From IMG/VR virus record IMGVR_UViG_3300025137_000117, positions 1 through 36,067 of that record: a stretch of DNA of 36,067 bases; one strand, 5' to 3'. The notes below the pieces were generated by a model. It saw nothing but the letters and a program-made list of their open reading frames with translations, was not told where the DNA came from and ran no database searches. The first letter of the stretch is position 1. Every line of letters begins with the position of its first letter. Of this stretch, positions 9,401 to 21,600 are shown in pieces. Position numbers and translations under genes: made by a program. This DNA comes from a virus. Lineage: Duplodnaviria > Caudoviricetes.

Positions 9401-11194
9401 ATGTCAAAAAGACCTATCAATTATACAAGTAGAGAATTTGACTCAATCAAAGAGTCTTTGGTCAACTACGCAAAACGTTATTATGCAAATACTTATCAAG
9501 ATTTTAACGAGGCTTCGTTTGGAGCTATGATGCTTGATTTGGTATCTTATGTCGGTGATCAACTTTCTTTCTATACAGACTATCAAGCAAACGAAAGTTT
9601 CCTAGATACAGCTATAGAATTACCAAACGTTCAAAGAATAGCTAAACAAATGGGTTTCAAGCAACCCGGAGCGGCTACTTCAACAGGAATATGTAATTTT
9701 TACATCTTGATACCAGCATCAACAACCAGCGGTGGTCCTGACACCAGTTACATACCTATTTTAAAACGTGGATCGTTAGTTGGATCACAAAGTGGCGCTG
9801 TATATACATTGACGCAAGATGTAGATTTTACAGCCCCAAATAACGAGATAACTGTAGCTAGGGTGGATTCTGATACTGGTGTTCCAACTTTCTTTGCAAT
9901 CAAAGGTCAGGGAACTGTTGTTTCTGGAAGGCTGTTTGAAGAGGAGGTTTCCGTAACAAATTACGAAAGATTTTTAAGACTAAGATTGGCAGCCTCTGAT
10001 GTGTCAGAAATAATATCTGTTGTAGACTCTCAAGGAAATGAGTATTTTCAAGTTGATTATCTCACACAGGATGTTGTCATATCCAAGGAACCTAACAGAG
10101 GAACAAACCGAGATCTTGTTCCGTTTATTATGAAAACAAAACCTTGTCCAAGAAGATTTGTAACAGAATTCGACACAAATGGGAATGCATTCTTGCAGTT
10201 TGGATATGGTTCAGCAGATAATTTAACAGGAGACCTAATTGCAAACCCGGCAGATGTTGTGTTGGATGTGACGGGAAGAAATTATGTAAGCGATCCAACT
10301 TTTGATCCAACTAATTTAATAAAGACTGACAAGTTTGGTGTTGTTCCAGAAAATACAACTCTTACTGTAGTGTATAGAGGAAATACTTCAAGCACTGTAA
10401 ACTCTGCCGGCAGCACTGTTAACGATGTAGTTGAGTCAAATTTAACTTTTACAAACAGACCAGCCTTGAACGATGAAACAGCGGGTACCGTTATTGATTC
10501 TTTGGAGGTTGAAAACCCAGAACCAATCCTGGGAGACACTTCTGAATTAACAGCAGAAGAAATTAAAACAAGAGCATATGCATCATTTGCGTCTCAAAAC
10601 AGAGCAGTAACAAGAACTGATTATATTAGCTTATCGTATAGAATGCCTAATGGGTTTGGCAAGGTAAAAAGAGTTAATATAATTCAAGACCCACGATCTA
10701 CTAGACGCAATTTAAACTTATATGTTTTAGCGGAAAATGTCAATGGAAAATTTGCAGCGCCAACAACACAACTAAAAACAAATTTGAAATCCTGGCTTGA
10801 CAGATATAGGATGATAAATGACAGCGTAGATATTCTTGACGGGAAAATAATTAACTATGGGATAGAATTTGAAGTTATAGCCGAAACAGACTCTAACAGA
10901 TTTGAAGTGTTAAATAACTGCGTAATAAGGCTTAAAGAAAAACTTTTAAACGTAGCAAATGAAATGGGAGAGCCTGTTTATTTGACAGAAATATTTAAGC
11001 ACCTAAATAGTGTTCCTGGCGTTGTTGATACGACTGCCGTGAAACTAATTAATAAGACGGGTGGTTCTTACAGTTCTTTCAATTATGAGATAGAAAAGAA
11101 TCTATCTTCTGATGGAAGATTCTTGGCCATCCCGGCGGATGCTGTAGCAGATATTCTGTTTCCAGATGATGATATTTCAGGAGTTATCAAATAA
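9401..11194 (+). CDS. Baseplate wedge protein, T4 gp6 / baseplate-J family
   Basis: N-terminal YTSREFDSIKESL...YQDFNEASFGAMMLDLVSYVGDQLSFYTDYQANESFLDTA, internal LQFGYG, and EEIKTRAYASFASQNRAVTRTDY are gp6-like. It directly follows the gp25-like gene. SD GAGGT upstream. Confidence 0.92.
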   Translation: MSKRPINYTSREFDSIKESLVNYAKRYYANTYQDFNEASFGAMMLDLVSYVGDQLSFYTDYQANESFLDTAIELPNVQRIAKQMGFKQPGAATSTGICNFYILIPASTTSGGPDTSYIPILKRGSLVGSQSGAVYTLTQDVDFTAPNNEITVARVDSDTGVPTFFAIKGQGTVVSGRLFEEEVSVTNYERFLRLRLAASDVSEIISVVDSQGNEYFQVDYLTQDVVISKEPNRGTNRDLVPFIMKTKPCPRRFVTEFDTNGNAFLQFGYGSADNLTGDLIANPADVVLDVTGRNYVSDPTFDPTNLIKTDKFGVVPENTTLTVVYRGNTSSTVNSAGSTVNDVVESNLTFTNRPALNDETAGTVIDSLEVENPEPILGDTSELTAEEIKTRAYASFASQNRAVTRTDYISLSYRMPNGFGKVKRVNIIQDPRSTRRNLNLYVLAENVNGKFAAPTTQLKTNLKSWLDRYRMINDSVDILDGKIINYGIEFEVIAETDSNRFEVLNNCVIRLKEKLLNVANEMGEPVYLTEIFKHLNSVPGVVDTTAVKLINKTGGSYSSFNYEIEKNLSSDGRFLAIPADAVADILFPDDDISGVIK

Positions 11195-12684
11195 TGGGCA
11201 TAAAAAGATATTTTGCGGACCAAGATAATACAATAACGAATGCCTTTAAGGCAAATCTTCTTACAAGAGGAACAGGTTCAAATATGGGTGCCTCTGATAT
11301 TTTAGAGGCGTTTGTTATTCACGGACAAACTTCGGCTTCTGTTAATGCTACTAACGCCGAACAATCAAGAATCCTAATACAGTTCCCAATTGACAGTATT
11401 GTTTCAGACATAGCAGACGGAACCATACCTTCATCTAGTGTAGAATATAGATTGAAGATGTTCAATGCTCCACATGCTGATAGTTTACCATATGATTATT
11501 CTTTAAAGATAGCAATGTTGAGTAAATCTTGGACAGAGGGACGTGGACTGGATATGGATGAATATTCAGATGCAGGACCTTGCAATTGGATAAACAGTGC
11601 TGATGGAACCGACTGGGAAGTAGAAGGTGGAGATTATTTTAATAGTTCTAGTTATTCTTCGAGTTTCCATTTTTCTGGTGGCATAGAGGATATTGATGTT
11701 GATGTTACCTTCGCTCTTGACAGGTGGAGAACAGATGGTGCGGGCACCGCAACTAATCATGGATTCTTGTTAAAGCATCCGGATGCTATAATTTCAGGAT
11801 CATCTGGTTCTTATTTCACTAAAAAGTTCTTCGGAAGAACAAGCGAATATTTCTTAAAAAGACCATACATAGAAGCTCGATGGGACTCAGCAAGAAAAGA
11901 CCAACGTGGTATGAGTTTTATTTCAAGTGCATTAGCACCAGCTTCGGACAATGTTAATACAATATACTTGTATAACAAGATAAGAGGGCAGCTAAAAGAT
12001 ATACCAAGTCTTGGCGGCACAGAACAACAAATCCATGTAAACTTCTTTAGTAGCAGCAATGATAATCAACCAGCAGGCCATCGCTTACATGTTTTGGATT
12101 CAGAGGGTGTCGTGAGACAAGACTTGACCGGTGGAATTCTCGTAGAGAATGGTGTCGCTCAAACAGGAATTTACAGTTGTTCGTTTGTGATAACAAGTTC
12201 TCTAGATGTTGTTCACGACGTTTGGTACTCTGGAAGTGTACAATACTTTACAGGTTCTATAGATCTTGAAGGCTTGTCTGCAAGTTTTGTAGAATATGAA
12301 ACCCAGCACCTGTCTGACATCACAAATCTCAAAAAGTCCTATGTTAAGGGACAGAAGCCTGTATTCAGAGTTTATGCTCGTGAGAAAAACTGGAACCCTA
12401 ACATTTATACCTTGGCAGCATCTGAGCCGCCAACACAAATAATAGAGGATGCATATTGGAGACTATTCCGAGTTGTTGATAATCTAGAAGTAGTCCCATA
12501 CGGAACAGGGACATACAACCACACCAGAATGTCTTATGATGTTAGCGGAAATTATTTTGATTTAGATACAAGCATATTAGATCAGGGGTACGCCTATGGG
12601 TTTCAATTTGTATATCACCTAAATGGCAAGTATGTAGAACAGCCAGAGATTTTCAAATTTAAGGTTGATGAAGAACCCGTATGA
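11194..12684 (+). CDS. Probable virion structural protein: DNRLRE/CBM96-like N-terminal beta-sandwich plus Ig-like C-terminal domains
   Basis: TAATG overlap with the gp6-like gene. The pattern ADQDNTI...NMGASDILE...SRILIQF...WTEG...W...GGD...NHGFLLK...RPYIEARW resembles DNRLRE-type domains. The C-terminus is beta-rich. Domain identity is a by-eye inference. Confidence 0.55.
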   Translation: MGIKRYFADQDNTITNAFKANLLTRGTGSNMGASDILEAFVIHGQTSASVNATNAEQSRILIQFPIDSIVSDIADGTIPSSSVEYRLKMFNAPHADSLPYDYSLKIAMLSKSWTEGRGLDMDEYSDAGPCNWINSADGTDWEVEGGDYFNSSSYSSSFHFSGGIEDIDVDVTFALDRWRTDGAGTATNHGFLLKHPDAIISGSSGSYFTKKFFGRTSEYFLKRPYIEARWDSARKDQRGMSFISSALAPASDNVNTIYLYNKIRGQLKDIPSLGGTEQQIHVNFFSSSNDNQPAGHRLHVLDSEGVVRQDLTGGILVENGVAQTGIYSCSFVITSSLDVVHDVWYSGSVQYFTGSIDLEGLSASFVEYETQHLSDITNLKKSYVKGQKPVFRVYAREKNWNPNIYTLAASEPPTQIIEDAYWRLFRVVDNLEVVPYGTGTYNHTRMSYDVSGNYFDLDTSILDQGYAYGFQFVYHLNGKYVEQPEIFKFKVDEEPV

Positions 12685-15600
12685 GTATAAAAAAGTTATT
12701 TGAACAAAGTAAGCAATCTACCGCTGTAGGGAAGTACCTTAAGAAGAGTGCCATAGGTGATTTGAGTGGAGGCATAGAATCTGCTCATCATTTGAGTGAA
12801 AGCCTTCGACGAAGAGATGAATTTATTCCGTCCTTAGATTATGGCGACCCAGCACAATTTGCAAAATATGGATCAGCAGAAAAATACTATGAAAATGCTT
12901 TCAATCATATTTTACAAAATTATCCATATGATGGATCAAAATATGAAAAGGAAAAATTCTACAACGAATTAAACCCATTAGAAAAGTTTATTCTCAACGA
13001 GAGATACCCTAAGAGTACTGGTTTCGTCAATATCGGAACAAATTACGGCACTGCTACATCACACAGTTCTCACTATTTCTCTTCTGCAAAAACAGAATAT
13101 ATTCAAGTCAAGGGTGGTCCCCACTCGGGAACTCTTTATTCTGCAAATTATAGGCAAAATAATTTAGAGTTCGGTGGACCAAGTGGTTCAACTGTCGAGT
13201 TTTTCCTATCTAAATCTGCTATTCCAGGTGGTGGTGCGGTAGTCACAACAGAGTCTCCACGACAGGTCATCTTTGATCTATGGAACGGCGTGCGAACTGG
13301 GTCTGTGGAGGACGATGAAGTAAACGGATGTTTCGGAAATCTTAGAATTGAATTATCTAAAAGTCTTGAAGACCGTTTCTTGGTTACTATGCTTTCCGGA
13401 GCGAAAGGTTATGTAACACAATCAATTCCAACTACTGGTAACATAGGAAATTATATTACTGGTAGTGGATGGAATCAATTCGCTTTTGTATTCAACACTT
13501 CGGAAAGTTCGCCAACTATTGATTTTTATATCAACGGAGTGTGTCACGAAGCCGGCATCGCCGCAGCAGGGCACCAGGCTGGACAAATTAGCCTAGTAAC
13601 TGGAACTTTGATTGGTAACATCGGGGCTCTTCGCAATGAACCATCTGGTGTTGCTGGACCAGTTGAGGGCTACGGAAAATTATCTGGGTCAATCGATGAG
13701 TTTAGGTTTTGGAAATCGGCACGATCGGGGGAACAAGTCGGAAGAAATTGGTTTACCGACATTAATGGCGGTAGCAATACACAAAATGCAAACGTTTCTT
13801 TAGGAGTCTATTATAAATTTAATGAGGGCATTTCTGGCACAGGTAGTGTGGACAATCTAGTATTAGATTACTCTGGGAGAATTTCAAACGGAAATTGGAC
13901 AGGTTATGCCGCCGGAGCAAGGGACACTGGATCTGCTATAACTCTACAATCTTTGACACAATCAATAGCCTCCAGAACTGAGGTTGAAGATCCAATAATA
14001 TTCCCCTCTGCATCTGTAATAACGGTAAGAAGAGATGAGCTAAAACAGATAGGTGAGCAACATGACAGAACAAATACTGCCTATGTGTTAAATTCAGTAC
14101 CAGACTGGATTGTAGAGGAAGATGCTAGGTTTGGCTCTGAGCTAAAAAATGTAACCCAGATAATGGCGAATTATTTTGATACGCTACATTCTCAAATATC
14201 CTCCTTAACTAAAATAAAAGCTATGGACTACGTTAGTGGTAGTGCCACAGGTAGTATTAATGAGTTTCCTTATAATGATAGGTTAGTAGAAAACTTAGGG
14301 ATGGAAGCCCCTGAATTATTTGAGAACGCTGATTTGTTAGCGCATTTCCTTAAGAGGGGAAATGATATCAACTTTGAACAAGATTTAAGTTCCATAAAGA
14401 ATACTTTATACAAAAATCTGTATAACAACTTGAATCATATTTTCAAATCAAAGGGAAATGAAAAAGCAATACGAAACTTTATTCGGTGTTTTGGTGTAGA
14501 TGAGGATGTTCTAAACCTAAGCATATATTCAGATAACTCAACCTACAAACTGGAAACAAATTATCGAGCAGATACTAGCAATAAAAAGTATGCTGACTTT
14601 ACAGGACTTTTCAAAAGAGAATCATCGGACGCAACAATATACCAATATCCTAACCCAGATCTGCCAGAGTCTTATGGTATCATAAGTGGAAGCAGTGGCA
14701 GCGTTACTTTAATTGATTTTGGGTTTACAGCAGAAGCAGAGTTTGTATTTCCAAACAGAAACGAAATAGAAACACTTAGCTACACTCCAGTACAAGTAGT
14801 AACTTCATCGTTGTTTGGTTGGCACACTCCAAGAGGAGAAGATAAGCTCCTATCTTCTTCTACAGATACAAGTTGGATGTTCGCACAGCACGACTCTGGT
14901 TTACAAGTTGTAGCCATTAAGTCTGCATCCCAGATGGCTGAAGTATTGAGCCCGGCTCATAAAGTTAAGGATGTATTTTTTAAAGTTCTAGATAGGCACA
15001 ATAATGTAATACTTACATCTTCTGTGTTTACAAATGCTTATGATAACCAAAAATGGAATATTGCATTATCGGTTCACCCAAAGAGGTTTCCATTTGCGCA
15101 AAATTCTAGCTCCAATGCTAATGTGCATGATGGTTATGATCTTGATTTTTACGCTGTAAATTATGATTCTGGCATAAAAAGAAACAGTCTTTATGCAACG
15201 GCATCCTTGACTTATAAATCAGGATCTGATATTGTTTCTGGTCCAAAAAGATTTTATATGGGAGCAGCCAGAACAGACTTTTCTGGCACAGTGGTAACTG
15301 CTAGTGATGTACGAGGTTCCAGTTTAAGGTATTGGACTGATGTTCTTAGTACGGGAACTATTGATATGCATGCACGAAGCGTGGATAACTATGGAAGATT
15401 TAATCCCACTCGTCAGGCTTACACAGATCAAAAATATAATCCTGGAATTTATATACCGCAGATAGAAACATTGGCCTTGCATTGGGACTTTGCAGATATT
15501 ACAGGCAGCGATCCTTCGGGACGTTTTAACGTAAATGATTTTTCATCTGGGTCCCTGGACTCTGGAAGTAAGGGAAGTGTGTATTGGGCATCCCCACAGC

Positions 15601-18600
15601 ACATAAACTACAGACAATATACAGGACGAGGAGATCATTTCCCTGCATCCTCAACACCGATAAGAAAAGAATTATTATACACTGATAGGATGGAACTACC
15701 AGAATATGCTATCAGCAGTGATATGATTAAGCTTAAAAATATAGATGATGAAGCATATGCTCCGTTGATGCGCCCAGAAAGACTTTACTATGCTATAGAA
15801 AAAAGCATGTACAGAAGCGTATCCGAGAGAATGTTACATCTTTTCTCTTCAGTCGAAGAGCTTAACAATCTTATTGGTGATCCTGTAAACAGATATCGTC
15901 CAAATTATAAGGCGATGGAAAAACTAAGACAAATATTCTTTTCCAAGGTTGGTAATACGCCAGATCTCCAAAAGTATTTAGATTACTATCAGTGGGTTGA
16001 TATGTCCTTGGGGCAGATGCTTGAGCAGTTATTTCCTGCTAGCGTAAAGTTTGCCCCTGGGGTTAGAAACGTTATTGAAAGCCATCTTCTTGAGCGAGCT
16101 AAGTTCAAGTATACCTTCATGGGCAACCGAAAAGATAACAGCCCGCAAAGCGTTGGGCAAAACTCGCCACAAGCCCCAGTAATATCGAATATTACCCTAG
16201 AGGATGCACCCCCTGCCGGACAAACTCCTATTAAACCAGTAGTTAATATGAATCCGAACAAGCCGGTTTTGCCTCCAAAAAATGTTACTAATCCAAAGAA
16301 GATTAAAAATGTTTCAAAAGATGGAAACGTACAACAGCCTCTTGGCTGGGAAGTAAACCATGCTCCTTTGCCTTCGTCTCTGCCAAGAGAAAACCAAAAT
16401 ACATTTTGGTGGATGACTAGGGCAGAAAGATATCATCCAACAATATCGCAATCTAATCCTGGTGTAATGGAATCTAGACAGGCCATTCTAAAGCAAGCGC
16501 AATCTTTTTATCTTCCACGAGGAATAGTAACTATTAGTGGCGAAGTACCTCAAGAAGTTCAGGTCACAAACGCTGATGTTGGAAACCAGAAAGAAACGAA
16601 GCAAGAGGTTGGTGTAGCCGGAGTATCGTTTGGTACATTTGACGAGCCACCGCAGGGCGATATGGATCTTGATGAGAAAGAACTCATTCCAAATCTCAAG
16701 AGCACACGGACTTTGAGCGCCTCGATTGAAGGACGTGATGTAGACGGAAAATCTGTTTTACCATTTACTCCTGTTAGTTCAACAGTTACCACAGGGTATC
16801 AAAAACAATTACAAAGTGCTGGAATTACAAACACCGATTTTGCTAATTTGCATGTTAGACCAGCCGCAGTACAAACACCATTTACCTTAGCACACGTTGG
16901 TGGACAACAGTCAAGACAAGCACCAGTAGGTGCAAAGTTTGATGCATCAAAAACTGTTCGTAAAGAGTCTTATGAACTAGAAGTTGCTGGCGACGGTGGC
17001 GGGTCCTTTGAAACCAACAAAACAGGACCGACACCCAAGGGGCAATATAAAAGAGGTTCAGGCGCTTCTCGACCCGTAAATATAGAAAACATACAAACTA
17101 GCACAGGATCTATCGCTCCAGAGGGCGGCGTCCAAGTTATAGGTAATTATACTAAAAACTATGAAATTGTAAATATCTCAAATCGTGACGATACGAACAT
17201 AGATTTTACTTTCCATAGTGATCAGTATTTTACTGGTAGTGATGATTCCTTATCAATTGCTGCTCTGACAAACGGTAAAATGCCAACTGCTTTCCTAACT
17301 TCGGTATCTCGTCGTGCCGCTGGTTTTACAGGATCAGTTGATTACCAAGCTCCCCGACAAAGAAGTGATGTTAGGGTAAACAAAACAGTTATTGTGGACA
17401 GATTCTCTTCTCCTGGTAGCAAGCTAGATTCCAAACAGTTGTTTAGAGATGGCCCATCCGATCAATATTCTCCAAATAATGCGCTGCCTTTTAGGAACAT
17501 TGATGTACGCCAAAAGCACAATACATTGCTTAAGCGACACACCGGATGGGGAGGATTCCAAACAGCATCTCTGAACACTTTGTTGACTCGCCACGATTCT
17601 ACCGACCTGACTCCATTTAACGAAGGGGTTGTGGTCCCTCCCACTGCTTTATATGGCGATGACCTATCTGAGCATACAGCTTCTCTGGTGGCCATACACA
17701 AGACACAAAGAAACACTATTTTAAGACCAAAGTTTGTTTCAGGGAACCTAAACGATCCAGCGAATCAAGAAATGTATACAACAGGTGCATTGCGTGATAA
17801 TGCTTTTATTACAAGACCTATACCTGATGGCGACCGCTTGTCTTGGTTTATGAGACTCTCCCACTCACAGGGAACTGTGGGTGATTGGCCCGGTCGTAAT
17901 TATGGAGACAACTTCGATAAATTTATACTATCGTCTTCTAGGTTTCCAGCGGATATAACAATCTATAGTTCTTCTATAGCTGCGTCGGAGCTTGACAGAC
18001 TTTATCCTGCTGCTGCCTTAAAGATGTCAGGTGTGTTTAGAAATAAATCAAATGCATTTCAATATATTTGGGAAGCTAATGGTCTAGGCGGATGGGTGCC
18101 TTGGACACAGACAAGATTTGGTCAGTATACGAATAAAGGGTTGTTTAATTCTAGGCAAAACCTTTACACAATAGATGCGTCAAAAATAACACTTCAGTCA
18201 GAAGAAGTTGAGTTTCCAACAGGGAAAAGATTAATAGCTACAACCAAAGCAGAATCTGTATCAGATCTTGAGAAATCTATTGTATCAGCCTATGATAGAT
18301 CATTAAACGATGGTGGCACTATTATAGGTGGCAATCGTGTATCCCATAACGTAGGTAAAAAATATAAAGAACCGATCTTGACATCAAGATATAAGCCAAT
18401 TATACATCAGATAAAAACATACCGTGGCTCTGCTAACTCCACAGAGAACAAATCAGTCGATGTGACATTGAGATATTCTTACGGAAATGAATTACAAGGG
18501 TTTGCTAACCGAGGTCTCAATATAGACCTAGGAAACAAACAGAGTTTTAAACTTGGAGCAATTAAGAGACCTTATGAGGTTCTCAGAGATACATTTGTTG

Positions 18601-21600
18601 ATAATGTAGATCCTTCAACTGACGGCGTAGAACTTATCAAAATGATGAGTTATGAGGAGACAATCTATCCAAAAGAAATATACACATATTTATCGTCTTC
18701 AAGAACTAGAAACGTTTATAAAAATAATTTCTGGCGCTCAGATATTGCAACAGGATCTGCAACCAAAAGACCAGCCGGCGCACCCGCCGACGTCTTTATA
18801 ATAAAAACGTTCACAGGAATTCCTGACCTAATTGACGAAGGTAATATAGAGGAATATAATAACTCTTGGGAAAGAAGGCAAATTGCAACTGCTGATCAAT
18901 CAGCAATCGGCATTCTGCCAGGCGTCAGATCAACCTTTGGGTATCAGTATACTATGGATGAGCAATATCCAACTGGAACATTTGGAAGTGATGCTTCTGG
19001 TAATAATGGGTGGGCACCTCCTCTAGAGCCAACAGCATACGGCGTGGTCGGTGGCGAGGGACAGGGCTTTGGAACGGCTTCAATGTGGCCACTAGATTCT
19101 TTCTATTATTCTGAACAATATAGTAGTGATACTCTTAACTTAGACTACAATACGCCCCTGGGCTTGCCAACGGGTACCTTTAGCGGGACAAATATTGGTA
19201 CTCCTTTAATGTTTGCCATGGCATCAACTTTGCCGGCTGGCGAATTAATGATGCCTCATCACGGAATTGTAATGAGTGGTAATGCAGCTAATACCGGTTC
19301 TGAACGAGGCGGAATTAGATGGAACACTTCCAGTATTAACACTTCACAGTATATTTATACAGTTCCTACCGAAGTACTTCGTGTAACCGATTTAGCAAAC
19401 AGATCATCTAAGTTCATCGCCGACGCAAGAGCGGTTGGTGGAGCACTTACAAGACCAGCCTGGACCGCAGGAAGAATAAGAAAGTTTGTAGATGGACCCA
19501 AACGCCGAGCCCAGGCACCAGCAAGATTCCCTTGGTACAACAGTTATGAAGATTGGTGCTCAGAAGTTAAAAACAAAGGGAAAGAATATACTATAATTCC
19601 TGAATACAGAATTAGCACCTTGATGCCCAAATATAAAGAGTTAGGTAATTTTGCTTCGTCTCTTTCTGCCGCTTTGGATATCACCGGAGCTACGCCAAAC
19701 ATTAGTGGCGAACCTTTTAACAGCGTGGATGAAGACTTCTTCCCAAGATATGCAACTTCTGATGTAGCAGAGTATCTTAAAACGTTTATGGCTAAAGATT
19801 CAAAAGATTCGCAGTTCAATAAGGCTCCAAGACACCTTGAGATTAAATCAGACGCTATTATGAAGATGCTTCCATACGATGGCTTTTATCCTGTTTTGAG
19901 AACCCTCGAGCTTGCTACCTTGTTCTCTAAATCCTATGACAACTGTGTTATATATGAAGGAGAGGGATACACGAACGGGGCACCAAACTATAAAGATTTT
20001 CTTCCCGATGCTGATCCGACAGGAATCAAGGTCCAGCGTGCATTCCGAACACTGTCAAGACCTTTCTTCGCACCTGGAATTATTTATAATTCTATCAAAG
20101 CCGGAATGGCAGTTTCCTACCCAATCATAAGAAAGGGTATGAGTGCTTTACAATCCTGTTCAATACAAGATCCCTTACACGGACACTTGAGTGAATCAAT
20201 ATTGTGGTCTTATGCTACTGGTGGACCATTACCAACAGGGACTAGTGAAGCAGCTATTACAATTCCCGGCGGACGACGAAGAAGAAAAGAGGGTCCTGCT
20301 GACAACTTTGATTTCTTTAAGTTAGATGCAGGTGTTGCAGGAGATCAACTTAAAGATCAGAGCCGTGGCGCTCCACACAATATGTTTTATTCTGATGTGA
20401 TACCATTCGAAGGTATATTCAAACCGCTAGAACACATCTCAGACGCCAAGCGAGCCGTTGTCTTAGCAGATATAAATCCTGTAATGTATAATGAGCTTAC
20501 AGCATCTATACCAACTTCTGGAAATATTGTCACATTTACATATGAAGACGGCGAGTCAGAAGTGGCTGTGACTGCAACTTTCCAAGCAGATGATGATCTA
20601 TATCGTCTAGGAATGTCAAACTTTATGGCAAATATACCACCATTCTTTTTGAAAGAACAGAAGGACGGCGGGTTTTTATCTAAATTTGTTGCTGAAATAC
20701 CAACCCGTGCTCCGGCGGATAATCCAGCCGGCGCTGCACCTGCACAACAAACTGAAGCAAGAACAGTGACGGTATCAAAAAATAAAGCCTACATTATGGA
20801 AATCGGTGTAAAACAAACCGAAAGACATATGATGTACAGCAACCCAGCCGCTTTTGGACCTGCCACTGCCACAGGGTCATTTGACTGGAACGAAATGTTA
20901 TGTGCCGGTCCTGGCGCTACTACTGCTTTAACCGCTATTGAATATGGTGTTGGAGCTACGGCTAGTTTGGAACCAAACAACTTTGATCCAAACCTAATTG
21001 ATGGTAACTTTATAGGAATTACAGGATCAGTTGAAGATGGCACCGAAGCTAGGGTTACTTTTATATTTGATAAAAGTCAAACAAATCCAGCAAGAGCAAG
21101 CGCAACTGAATATACCGTAGGTGTATCGGGCGTTGGCGACCCTGTTGGTTTAGGTGGTAGAATAGCTGCTGCAATTTCTCTTGCAAGAGCTAATGGCAAT
21201 TTGTTTATGCGTGCAGATGCAGACGCCAGCACTGGTGTTGTTAAGCTTACACAACAATTTAAAACTGCATTATTTAATGCAAAAGAAATTGTCGGTAATG
21301 CGGTCACGCCGGGTGCGTTGAATGCCGGTGTAACTGCCCAGGGTCCATTTTTTGGTGGACAAACTCCGTCAACATTTACAATAGCTACAGCAGAACAATC
21401 TGGTGGAGTTCCCCAGGGAAGAGAGTGGCCATACCATAGAGCAGAATTTGCTCCATTTACTCCTGCATATTACTATGGACCAAGTATTGTAAGAATTACA
21501 TATACGCCTCGTGAAAATGGGAACGTTACGCTTGAGGATATTCTTAGCGGCGAAAATTTATTTGTTGAATACAATAATGAAAACGGGTATTATTATGACT

